From contig DATLXW010000129.1 of NCBI GenBank assembly GCA_035575415.1, positions 1 to 39,448 of the forward strand: DNA of 39,448 nucleotides. Direction: 5' to 3'. Source of the stretch: Methyloceanibacter sp. Its GTDB lineage: Bacteria; Pseudomonadota; Alphaproteobacteria; Rhizobiales; Methyloligellaceae. Numbering within the stretch: the stretch's first letter is position 1; every line of letters begins with the position of its first letter. Positions 15,822 through 24,356 of this stretch are shown piece by piece. The notes beneath the pieces are model-generated. The model worked only from the letters and a program-made list of their open reading frames with translations, was not told where the DNA came from and searched no databases. The translations under genes were made by a program, and so were the position numbers.

Positions 15822-18463
15822 ATGGCGGCGACGCGGCCGAGGAGCCCGGTACGCGGCTTGCCGCTTTGCTCGTAGAGCAAGACCGGGCAACCAAGCATGG
15901 AGTAGATCGAGAGATCGCTCTTGATGTCGTCAGGGCTTACTCCCGGGCGCAATACGGCGACGACAACTGGAATCTCGAATTTCAGCGCGGGCGTCAGCCG
16001 GCGCACTGCGTCAATGTCGCCGTGCAGAACGACACAGTCGTAAGTTTGCAACAGCGCTTCGAAGATGGGGGTGAAGATCTCGTTCTCGTCTTTCTTGGCG
16101 GCGAGCTTGGGATCCCCGGCCGGAATGACTTGGAGCTCGGTGGCCGGATCGATTTGTATCACGTCCTCGAACGAGGCACGCTCGGCCAACAGTTCCGTCA
16201 GACCAGGGGCGCGTGCCAACTCCAGCGGGCCGGAAACGGCTCCGGCGCTGCGGGTCAGGTCGAGCAGAACCACCCGCTCGCGGCGGTCGACAAGCGCGCG
16301 CGCGATTGCTATGGCCTCGCGGCTGGAATCGACTTTCGCGGCGCCGCCTGCCACCAGCACGGCGCGAGGCGCCCCGCCCCTTCCAGCGGCAATAATGTTA
16401 TTGAGCAGGGCATCGAGCGATTTGAGCACCGGGCCGATCTTCTCGTCATTCGCAGTCGCGGCGGCCTTCTGCTTGGGCTTGGACTCGGTGGCGGCCTCGG
16501 CCGCCGCCAAGGCGAGACGCTGACTGAGATAGTGGCGAAGGTCGTTGGTTCTGAGCGGAGGCATGGTTTCACCTTTGCGTTTGTTGGACGCCGATTTGGT
16601 GCGCGGCCGGCGCGCACGGCGAATGCGGGCAAGCCAGCCATCGAAGGGGGCTGCGTCTTGCGGAGAATTGACATGCGCCGTTGCGGTCTGCCGCAAACGC
16701 TCAAGCAGGCTCGTGGGTGTGTGAGCGGCAGGAGCGGCGTCTTGGCTCGCCGTCTCGGCGTTGCGCGCCGTTGCGGTTTTGGCGCGATCGCCGGCGCGTC
16801 GGCGGAACAGGGAACGGCCCTCCTGAGCGGCGGGGGCCGTTGCCGCTGCGGTATCGGCGGCGGCCGGGACGGTAAGAGGAAGCTCAGCCTGTCCTGTTGG
16901 CATGAGAGGCGCTTGCGTCAGTGGAGACTGCATTTGTACGGCTACTGACGCCGAAGTTTCCGGAAGTCCGCGCGTATCGTCGGGTTCGGCGCGGCGTCTA
17001 CGCTTGTCGTGTCGCGACTCGGCCGGCGCGGCCCGCGCAACGGCCGGGGCGGCGATCAATTCTCGCGCCAGCACATAGGCGAGCGACAGCAACGCTACCG
17101 CCGCCGCTGCCAGCAGGCTCATCGGCCCTTTCTTGGGGAAGGAGGGCAAGATCGAGGCGTGGGCGCGGCTCACAATCGTCGCCTGTGCCGGCACGGCTCC
17201 CATGTCGTGGCGGGCGCTCGCATCGCGGTAGCGGGCGAGGTAAGACTCAAGCAAATCGCGTTGCGCCTTGGCCTCGCGCTCGAGGGCGCGGAGCTTGATT
17301 TCGGCCTCGCTCAAGCCCGAGGCTTGCGTCTTCACTTCGTTCAGGCTGGCGCGCAAAGACGCTTCGCGCGCGGCGGCGATCTCGGCCTCGTTTTCCAAAC
17401 TCTGCACGATTTTGATCGCCTCGGCGCGAATTTGCGCCCGCACATCGGCGAGCTCGGAATTTAGCTGCTTGATGCGCGGATGCGACGGAAGCAGAGTCGC
17501 GGACAGCTCGGCGAGCTGCCGCTGCACCTGCACACGCTGGTCGATCAGCCGCGCGATCAGTTCAGACTTCAACACTTCCGGCGTAGCGTCGATGTCGCTC
17601 TTCTCCTCCAGCATCTTTTTGATAAGACGGGCGCGCGCCTCAGCTTCCGAACGCTGCGCTTTGGCGAGTATCAATTGGCTGTTGAGCTCGGAAAGCTGCT
17701 GTGCGTTGAGAGTGACGTTGTTCGAGCCGGCGTAGAGTCCCTGGCTTGCGCGAAATTGCTCGACGGCGGCTTCGGCCTCGGCGACCTTCGGGCGCAGCAC
17801 CTCGATCTGGCTGCTGAGCCAGGCGGTGGCGTCCTTCGTCTGCGCGAGCTTCGCTTCCCGCTGCCAGTCGATGTAAATGTCGGCGAGCTTGTTGGCGACC
17901 GCAGCAGCGAGGTTTGGATCGCCAGAGGTATAGTTGACGGCGATCACGCTCGATTTGGAAAGCTGAAACACGGAAAGGTGTTCGGCGAAGGCGTTCGCCG
18001 CCCGTTCTTCCTCGGAGTGGGGCGAACGGCCGCCAAGACCGATGCGCTTGAGTAGACGCGACAGCAGCGTGCCGCCGGCATCCTTCTCGAAGGCTGGATT
18101 GCCGATGAGATTGAGGTCGTCGATGACTTGCACGGCGAGGTCGCGCGACGTCAGCACCTGGACCTGGCTCTGCACGGCCTGCTCGTCCACCGTTCGTGCT
18201 CCATCGCGCGATGGCTCGCCGGCCGGACGGGTGAAAACCGATTCGTCGTTCTGCAGAAGGATGCGGGCCTCGGACGTATAGAGCGGCCGCATCGTCGAGA
18301 GCACGATGAAGGTGATGACGCCGGCGCCGAGCGCGAGGCTCACGATCCAGCCCTTGGCGCGCCAAAGCGCGCGGCCAAGCGTCTGAAGATCGATATCCTC
18401 GGCGACCGGGCGGACTGCGTCAGGCGGTGTCAAGCCACTGAACTCCTGGGCGTGAACTGTCAT
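15818..18463 (-). CDS. Polysaccharide co-polymerase / chain-length determinant (Wzc/ExoP-like) with degenerate C-terminal kinase-like domain
   Basis: EDIDL..L.RALWR plus TM1, PLYTSEARIL, SQVQVLTSRDL, coiled coil with HPRIKQL, PSFPK plus TM2, low-complexity linker, then a P-loop-like domain (VVLLDL, PGLTELL, LQVIPAG). ATG at 18463. Confidence 0.9.
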   Translation of the reverse strand: MTVHAQEFSGLTPPDAVRPVAEDIDLQTLGRALWRAKGWIVSLALGAGVITFIVLSTMRPLYTSEARILLQNDESVFTRPAGEPSRDGARTVDEQAVQSQVQVLTSRDLAVQVIDDLNLIGNPAFEKDAGGTLLSRLLKRIGLGGRSPHSEEERAANAFAEHLSVFQLSKSSVIAVNYTSGDPNLAAAVANKLADIYIDWQREAKLAQTKDATAWLSSQIEVLRPKVAEAEAAVEQFRASQGLYAGSNNVTLNAQQLSELNSQLILAKAQRSEAEARARLIKKMLEEKSDIDATPEVLKSELIARLIDQRVQVQRQLAELSATLLPSHPRIKQLNSELADVRAQIRAEAIKIVQSLENEAEIAAAREASLRASLNEVKTQASGLSEAEIKLRALEREAKAQRDLLESYLARYRDASARHDMGAVPAQATIVSRAHASILPSFPKKGPMSLLAAAAVALLSLAYVLARELIAAPAVARAAPAESRHDKRRRRAEPDDTRGLPETSASVAVQMQSPLTQAPLMPTGQAELPLTVPAAADTAAATAPAAQEGRSLFRRRAGDRAKTATARNAETASQDAAPAAHTPTSLLERLRQTATAHVNSPQDAAPFDGWLARIRRARRPRTKSASNKRKGETMPPLRTNDLRHYLSQRLALAAAEAATESKPKQKAAATANDEKIGPVLKSLDALLNNIIAAGRGGAPRAVLVAGGAAKVDSSREAIAIARALVDRRERVVLLDLTRSAGAVSGPLELARAPGLTELLAERASFEDVIQIDPATELQVIPAGDPKLAAKKDENEIFTPIFEALLQTYDCVVLHGDIDAVRRLTPALKFEIPVVVAVLRPGVSPDDIKSDLSIYSMLGCPVLLYEQSGKPRTGLLGRVAAI

Positions 18464-18529
18464 TAGACTGGGACCTCGTAACCAAAAGCTTAAAGCGCGA
18501 ACCGTCTCGGCACGTTTGCTCAGCATTCA

Positions 18530-18542
18530 TTAACCAAGGGCG
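18530..18542 (+). promoter_or_regulatory. Shared 13-bp motif TTAACCAAGGGCG, copy 1 (CtrA half-site-like core)
   Basis: Ends 14 bp upstream of the OPX ATG. Identical to 20435-20447. Confidence 0.5.
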
Positions 18543-18556
18543 GCCTAAAAGAGGAC

Positions 18557-19234
18557 ATGAGTTGCTTGCAAAGAGTCTGTCCCAAACGCTTGGCGCTTCT
18601 CGCCATTGCCCTTGTCGCGGCTATGCTTGGCGGGTGCAATCGAAGTGCCATTCCGGGGTTAACGACGCCGGGCTACGCCTTCGATACGCCAGCCCCCCTG
18701 CCCCCGCCTCCAGGCCCCATTCCGCTCACGCCCCCGATTGGCGGCGTGCCGGGGGTGCCGAGCAATCCCTATGCTGGCGGCTATCGCCTCGACAGCGGCG
18801 ATCGGGTGCGCGTCATCGTGTTCGGACAAGACAATCTGTCGCGCGTTTATAGCGTCGATGCGAGCGGCTCGGTTTCGCTGCCGCTGGTGGGCCCGCTTAG
18901 GGCGCGCGGACTGACGCCGCTCGAACTGTCCGACAACATCGCCGACGAGCTCAGGCGAAAATACATCAAAGATCCGAAAGTGAGCGTCGAGGTCGAAACC
19001 TACCGGCCGTTCTTCATCCTCGGGGAAGTGAGGCGCCCCGGCGCCTATCCCTATGTCAACGCCATGACGGTGGAGGCCGGTGTGGCACTTGCCGAGGGCT
19101 TCACCGAGCGGGCGCGGAAAGGGATGGTCCGTCTCACCCGCAGATTCAACGGCGTGAACAGCACGGTGATGGTGCCGACCGACTATCCGGTTCAACCCGG
19201 AGACACTATTTACGTTCTCGAACGCTTCTTCTAA
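18557..19234 (+). CDS. Polysaccharide export (OPX/Wza-family) lipoprotein, short type (UppC-like)
   Basis: Lipobox LGGC, Pro-rich linker, YRLDSGDRVRV.VFGQ, G.VSLPLVG, PFFILGEV.RPG.YPY and PGDTIYV.ERFF. SD GAGGA. Confidence 0.93.
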   Translation: MSCLQRVCPKRLALLAIALVAAMLGGCNRSAIPGLTTPGYAFDTPAPLPPPPGPIPLTPPIGGVPGVPSNPYAGGYRLDSGDRVRVIVFGQDNLSRVYSVDASGSVSLPLVGPLRARGLTPLELSDNIADELRRKYIKDPKVSVEVETYRPFFILGEVRRPGAYPYVNAMTVEAGVALAEGFTERARKGMVRLTRRFNGVNSTVMVPTDYPVQPGDTIYVLERFF

Positions 19235-19273
19235 AGCTCACCGGGACGGTTCGGTCCTAAAAGCGGGGGTCGC

Positions 19274-20407
19274 GTGAGCTCCACGCTGCGTATTCTGCAT
19301 TGCCTGCGTGCCCCGGTCGGAGGCCTGTTCCGCCACGTTCACGATCTTGCGCTGGGACAGGCGCAAATGGGCGCGGAGGTCGGCATTGTCTGCGATGAGC
19401 AAACCGGAGGCGATTCCGTTGCGCTTGGGCGACTGGCCGACAACTGTGTGCTCGGCCTGACGCGCCTGCCGATGAACCGTCATCTCGGGTTCGGCGATTG
19501 GAGCACCGTCCGCCAGATTACGCGCCTCGCCGCCAAGCTCAATGCCGACGTATTGCATGGCCATGGCGCCAAGGGCGGCGCCTATTCCCGGCTCGCCGCG
19601 AAGAAGTTGAAGCGTAAAGGAATGAAGGTGAAGGCGATCTACACGCCGCATGGAGGCAGCCTGCACTATTCGCCTGCGCGTCCCTTGGGGCGAGTCTATC
19701 TTGCGGCGGAACGGCGCCTGCTTCCCTTGAGCGACGGACTTCTGTTCGAGAGCCATTTCGCTTTCAACAAATATGTGGAGATGATCGGCGAGCCGCGCTG
19801 TCCGACGCGAATTGTGCCGAACGGGCTCTACCGGCACGAGTTTTACGAGCCAATGCTTTCCGACGACGCGGTCGATTTCGTGTTCGTCGGCGAACTACGC
19901 TATTTGAAGGGAGTCGATGTCTTGCTCGAAGCCCTTGCCGCGCATCAGGCTGTGTTTCCCGGCCGCGCCTTGATCGTCGGCACCGGCCCCGACGAAAAAA
20001 GCTTGAAGCGGCTGGCTCGCAGGCTCGGGCTGAACAGCAGGGTGTCCTTTGCCGGGGCGCAATCGGCGCGCAGCGCGTTCGCCCGTGCCCGCTGCATCGT
20101 GGTGCCGTCGCGGGCGGAGTCGTTTCCGTATATCGTGCTCGAGGCCGCCGCGGCGCAGATGCCGCTGATTGCCACCCGCGTGGGCGGCATCCCTGAGATT
20201 GTAGATGGCGTTGATATGCCACTCATTCCGCCCGGCGATGTGGCCGCGCTGGCGGGTCAGCTCCGCGCCTTCCTTGCAACTCCCAAACCGTTTCTCGACC
20301 GCGCCGCCGCCTTGCAAAAGATCGTAGCCGAGCGGTTTTCCGTGGACAATATGACGCACGAAATCGTCGACTTTTACATCTCCGGCGTCGGTGCCGGCGT
20401 TTCCTGA
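19274..20407 (+). CDS. Glycosyltransferase family 4 (UppD-like)
   Basis: RAPVGGLFRHV, HGHGAKGG, YTPHGGSLHY, GELRYLKGVD and PSRAESFPYIVLEA...VGGIPE (EX7E signature). Confidence 0.92.
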   Translation: MSSTLRILHCLRAPVGGLFRHVHDLALGQAQMGAEVGIVCDEQTGGDSVALGRLADNCVLGLTRLPMNRHLGFGDWSTVRQITRLAAKLNADVLHGHGAKGGAYSRLAAKKLKRKGMKVKAIYTPHGGSLHYSPARPLGRVYLAAERRLLPLSDGLLFESHFAFNKYVEMIGEPRCPTRIVPNGLYRHEFYEPMLSDDAVDFVFVGELRYLKGVDVLLEALAAHQAVFPGRALIVGTGPDEKSLKRLARRLGLNSRVSFAGAQSARSAFARARCIVVPSRAESFPYIVLEAAAAQMPLIATRVGGIPEIVDGVDMPLIPPGDVAALAGQLRAFLATPKPFLDRAAALQKIVAERFSVDNMTHEIVDFYISGVGAGVS

Positions 20408-20434
20408 CTGCGATTCATTCGCCTACACCCGGAT

Positions 20435-20447
20435 TTAACCAAGGGCG
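20435..20447 (+). promoter_or_regulatory. Shared 13-bp motif TTAACCAAGGGCG, copy 2
   Basis: About 80 bp upstream of the sigma54 consensus. Identical to 18530-18542. Confidence 0.5.
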
Positions 20448-20527
20448 CAAGGCGTCCTCGTTTCGGGATCGCTTTTCACCCATCTAAAAGCCGGCTGCTC
20501 CAGAGTGCGGGCAAGGTTCTCTCGCCT

Positions 20528-20544
20528 TTGGCACGCGATTTGCC
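20528..20544 (+). promoter_or_regulatory. Sigma54 (RpoN) -24/-12 promoter
   Basis: TTGGCACG-CGAT-TTGC matches TGGCACG-N4-TTGC with exact GG-N10-GC spacing. It is intergenic, correctly oriented, and about 45 bp upstream of ATG 20588. Confidence 0.78.
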
Positions 20545-20587
20545 TGCGTGCAGCCAAGCGTGTCTCAAGACGGGACAAGGATTAGAA

Positions 20588-22141
20588 ATGAGCGAGAGTG
20601 AAGTCGTGCCGGTGCGGCAAGCGCCGATTTCTCCCCGTATGCGCTCGAAGAACGCCACGAGCGCGAAATTTCAGGAGCGGCGGCGCGTGCCGCGGCCGCC
20701 GCTCGCCGAGATTCGCCGCGGCGCGCAGCTTAATTTGATCCCCCCGATCGTGGTTACCGGAGCGGTACGGACGACCGAGTTCCTGCTCGTAGCAGGTCTC
20801 GGTTTCGGCGGCTATCTGGGCTATGTCGAACACGAGGCGCAGGGCATGCACCTTGTTTATCTCGCCGTCGTGCTCGCTGCGGCAACCGCCACCACCCTCC
20901 TCATGCAGGGGCTTAACCTCTACACCGTGCAGGCGCTCAACTCCTTTGCGCGAAGTTTCACGCGCATCATGCTTGCTTGGACGATTGTGGTGGGAAGTTT
21001 GATGGCGGGCGCGTTCTTCGGCAAGGTCGGAGCTGAGTTCTCGCGGGTGTGGATCGCGGCTTGGTACGGTTCGGCGCTGATCGTGTTGTTTGTCGAACGG
21101 CTTGTCGTTTCGACGATGGTGCGACGCTGGATCAAGGAAGGGCGCCTCAATCGTCGCGCCGTGGTGGTCGGCGGCGGTCCCGAGGCGGAAGCGCTGATCA
21201 AGGCGCTCGAGGCATCACAGGACACTGATATTCGCATCGTCGGCATCTTCGACGACAGGGGACCGGCCCGGGTCTCACCCCTCGTCGCCGGCTATCCGAA
21301 GCTCGGTAATGTCGACGAACTGGTCGGCTTTGCGCGCAACTCGCGGATCGATCTTCTGATCGTCGCCCTGCCGATCACAGCGGAGAACAGGCTGCTCCAC
21401 CTGCTCAAGAAACTTTGGGTGCTTCCTGTCGATATCAGGCTTTCGGCGCACAGCAATCAGCTGCGCTTCCGGCCACGCACCTACTCCTATATCGGCAACG
21501 TTCCCTTCATCGACGTCACCGACAAGCCGATCGCCGACTGGGATCGCGTCAAGAAATGGCTGTTCGACAAGATAGCGGCGAGTATCTTGCTCGTTCTCCT
21601 CTCACCGTTGATGGCGGCGATCGCCGTTCTCGTCAAACTCGATTCGAAGGGACCGGTTCTGTTCCGGCAGAAGCGCCAAGGTTTCAATAACGAGCTCATC
21701 GAGGTGTTTAAGTTCCGCAGCATGTATGTCGACCACACCGATGCGGAAGCGAACAGGCTGGTGACGAAAAACGATCCGCGTGTCACCCGCATCGGCCGCT
21801 TCTTGCGCAAGACGAGTCTCGACGAGCTGCCGCAATTGATCAACGTGCTGAAGGGCGACTTGTCGCTTGTCGGGCCGAGACCGCATGCCTTGAAAGCGAA
21901 GGCCGAGAACAAGTTGTATTCCGACGTGGTGGATGGCTATTTCGCCCGGCACCGCGTCAAGCCCGGCGTGACCGGTTGGGCGCAGATCTGCGGCTGGCGC
22001 GGCGAAACCGACACCGAGGAAAAGATCCAGCGGCGCGTCGAACACGACCTCTACTACATCGAGAACTGGTCGGTGATGTTCGACCTATATATTTGCCTAA
22101 TGACGCCGTTTGCACTGCTCAGGGGCGAGAACGCCTATTAA
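20588..22141 (+). CDS. Undecaprenyl-phosphate sugar-1-phosphate transferase (WcaJ/WbaP family, UppE/HfsE-like)
   Basis: N-terminal TM helices, SRVW, Rossmann-like AVVVGGG, K.LFD, KFRSM, DPRVTRIGRFLRKTSLDELPQL, SLVGPRP, KPGVTGWAQ, DLYYIENWS. ATG at 20588 follows AAGGA. Confidence 0.95.
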   Translation: MSESEVVPVRQAPISPRMRSKNATSAKFQERRRVPRPPLAEIRRGAQLNLIPPIVVTGAVRTTEFLLVAGLGFGGYLGYVEHEAQGMHLVYLAVVLAAATATTLLMQGLNLYTVQALNSFARSFTRIMLAWTIVVGSLMAGAFFGKVGAEFSRVWIAAWYGSALIVLFVERLVVSTMVRRWIKEGRLNRRAVVVGGGPEAEALIKALEASQDTDIRIVGIFDDRGPARVSPLVAGYPKLGNVDELVGFARNSRIDLLIVALPITAENRLLHLLKKLWVLPVDIRLSAHSNQLRFRPRTYSYIGNVPFIDVTDKPIADWDRVKKWLFDKIAASILLVLLSPLMAAIAVLVKLDSKGPVLFRQKRQGFNNELIEVFKFRSMYVDHTDAEANRLVTKNDPRVTRIGRFLRKTSLDELPQLINVLKGDLSLVGPRPHALKAKAENKLYSDVVDGYFARHRVKPGVTGWAQICGWRGETDTEEKIQRRVEHDLYYIENWSVMFDLYICLMTPFALLRGENAY

Positions 22142-22150
22142 GGACGGTCG

Positions 22151-23068
22151 ATGCAGACGGCAACTGCCCAGGCGACGGCAATGTGGAATGAAGCGCCCGC
22201 AGGTTCAGGCGAGGCGCCGGCGAACGCTTGCGTGCGTGGTTCGCGCGTCGCCCTGCTCATGCCGGCCTACAATCCCGGAGGGCTCATTTACCGGGCGCTC
22301 GAAAGCGTGGCCCGCAGTACCTACCCTTGCGACATCTATATCGTCGACGACGCCAGCACACCTCCGGTCGCCCAGATGCTCGGCAACTGGCCGCAGACCA
22401 AGATCATCAGACTGGAACGCAATAGCGGCCCCGCGCATGCGCGCAATGTGGGGCTCATGGCCATTCTGAGCAAACCCTACGATTTCGTCGCCTTGCTCGA
22501 TTCCGACGATCTTTGCCACCCGGACCGTATAGCCACTCAGGTTGCGTTCCTGGATGCGCACCCCGAAATAGGCGCGGTGGGGTCTTGGGCGAGGATCATC
22601 GAAGAAAACAGCGGCCGTTTCCTCTATACCGCGCGCCCGCCGGCGAACCCGGAAGGTGTCAAGAAGGCTCTGTTTCAAAATGCGATCGTGATCAATTCCA
22701 GTCTCATGATCCGCACCGATGTGCTGAGGACTGTGGGACTCTACTCCGAACGCTACCCCGTCGCGGAGGATTACGAATTGCTGCGCCGCATGGCCGAGAA
22801 ATTTGCAGTGACCAACATTCCGCAAGCGCTGGTCGATTATCGGATGTCGGCGGGCAGCATTTCGATGCGCCGGCGCCGCCGCCAGCTGCTCGACCGGCTT
22901 AGGATTCAACTGGCCTATTTCGACGCTGCGGAACCCCATGCGTGGATCGGGTTGGGCAAGACGCTGTTGATGTTTCTCGTCCCGACTTCGCTCATTCCCA
23001 AGCTGAAAGCGCTCAGAGATCGGCACCGGGCGGAACCCGTCCGGGCCGAACAGGGGCCCAAACCCTAG
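22151..23068 (+). CDS. Glycosyltransferase family 2
   Basis: LLMPAYN, IVDDAS, NSGPAHARN.G, LLDSDD (DXD motif) and AEDYEL. Confidence 0.92.
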   Translation: MQTATAQATAMWNEAPAGSGEAPANACVRGSRVALLMPAYNPGGLIYRALESVARSTYPCDIYIVDDASTPPVAQMLGNWPQTKIIRLERNSGPAHARNVGLMAILSKPYDFVALLDSDDLCHPDRIATQVAFLDAHPEIGAVGSWARIIEENSGRFLYTARPPANPEGVKKALFQNAIVINSSLMIRTDVLRTVGLYSERYPVAEDYELLRRMAEKFAVTNIPQALVDYRMSAGSISMRRRRRQLLDRLRIQLAYFDAAEPHAWIGLGKTLLMFLVPTSLIPKLKALRDRHRAEPVRAEQGPKP

Positions 23069-23084
23069 AAGGCGAGACGCGATC

Positions 23085-24356
23085 ATGACGGCGCTCGTCG
23101 GCGCACAGGCGGCCACCTTCGGCGAAGGCGACCGGCGTATAAGCGTCGGGGTCCTGCGTCTCGGCTATTTCTATGTCTGGGTCACCATCGCCACCGGCGG
23201 AGTCGTGTTTTCGGAACCGGCCCCGTACGACGTGTTGATGGTTGGCGCCATGCTGCTGATCCCGGTGCTCGGGCTGGCGCGGTTCACGCGCGGCATCGGC
23301 TTCTATCTCTCGCTCTGGACTTTGGTCGTGGCCGGAGGCTTCGTCGCAAGCGCTCAAGCCGGCATCTTCGATGTGCCGGTCAAGCACATGGGCATCACGC
23401 TCTATCTCGCCCTATCGTCGGTTGTCATGGCGGGCTTTGTGCTCGATCGGCCCATCGCCAATGTGCGGCTGATCATGTCGGCTTATGTTTTCGCTGCGCT
23501 GATCGCCGCCTGCGCCGGCCTTGTCGGCTATTTCCATTTGTTGCCCGGCGCCGCCGAGCTGTTCACCGAGGAGTTCGGGCGCGTGCGTGGAACCTTCAAG
23601 GATCCGAATGTGCTCGGAGCTTATCTCGTTCCAGCGTTGCTTTACGTGCTTTATTTGCTGATGCGCTCAGGGCCGGTGCGCGGGGTCTTTTGGCTCTTGG
23701 CCGCGCCGATCCTGCTCTTTGCCTCGGTGCTCGCCTTTTCGCGCGGTGCGTGGCTCAATCTCGCCGTCTCGCTTGCGGTCTACGCCTATTTCGTTTTTAT
23801 CACGGCGGGATCGCTTCGGCAGCGGCTCAAGCTCGTCCTCTATCTCCTCGCCGGGGCAATTTTTGCCGCCGGCGTGACTGCCGCTGCGCTCAGCATTCCT
23901 CGAGTTGCGGATCTGATGGGCCAACGCGCGAGCTTGGAGCAGCCCTACGACGTCGGGCCCGAAGGCCGCTTCGGCGGGCAAAAGAAGGCCTTCGGTCTTG
24001 TCCTCACCCATCCCCTCGGCCTCGGCGCGCTCGAGTTCGGCCGCGCGTACCATCATGAAGACGTCCACGAAGTCTATCTCAGCATGTTCCTGAATGCGGG
24101 TTGGCTCGGGGGCACGTTTTACTTCGCCATCGTTTTGCTGACGTTGTGGCTCGGCCTGCAACGGGTGGTGAGAGATCGCGGGGGCGACGGACTTAGCGCC
24201 GCTTTGATGGCGGCCTTCATCGGCATGGCGCTTGAAGGGGTGGTGATCGACACCGACCATTGGCGGCATTTTTACCTGATCATGGCCATGATCTGGGGGA
24301 TGGCGCTCTCCCCGAAAGCCGTCGCATGGCAAAGACGAGGGCAAAACTCAGGATGA
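23085..24356 (+). CDS. O-antigen ligase / Wzy-like polymerase (UppF-like)
   Basis: Polytopic membrane protein with EPAPYD, R.RGTFKDPNVLG, FSRGAW, PLGLG, D.HEVYL and IDTDHWRH. Confidence 0.88.
   Translation: MTALVGAQAATFGEGDRRISVGVLRLGYFYVWVTIATGGVVFSEPAPYDVLMVGAMLLIPVLGLARFTRGIGFYLSLWTLVVAGGFVASAQAGIFDVPVKHMGITLYLALSSVVMAGFVLDRPIANVRLIMSAYVFAALIAACAGLVGYFHLLPGAAELFTEEFGRVRGTFKDPNVLGAYLVPALLYVLYLLMRSGPVRGVFWLLAAPILLFASVLAFSRGAWLNLAVSLAVYAYFVFITAGSLRQRLKLVLYLLAGAIFAAGVTAAALSIPRVADLMGQRASLEQPYDVGPEGRFGGQKKAFGLVLTHPLGLGALEFGRAYHHEDVHEVYLSMFLNAGWLGGTFYFAIVLLTLWLGLQRVVRDRGGDGLSAALMAAFIGMALEGVVIDTDHWRHFYLIMAMIWGMALSPKAVAWQRRGQNSG

Noticed and set aside
18508-18525. Second sigma54 promoter (CGGCACGTTTGC) upstream of the OPX gene
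   Set aside because: The GG-to-GC spacing is not the obligatory 10 bp. Lookalikes near 4783, 14506 and 32920 fail the same test.
14460-20450. Full CtrA boxes (TTAA-N7-TTAA) in the polysaccharide promoters
   Set aside because: Only half-sites or N8-spaced variants are present, so they are reported as weak candidates rather than called sites.
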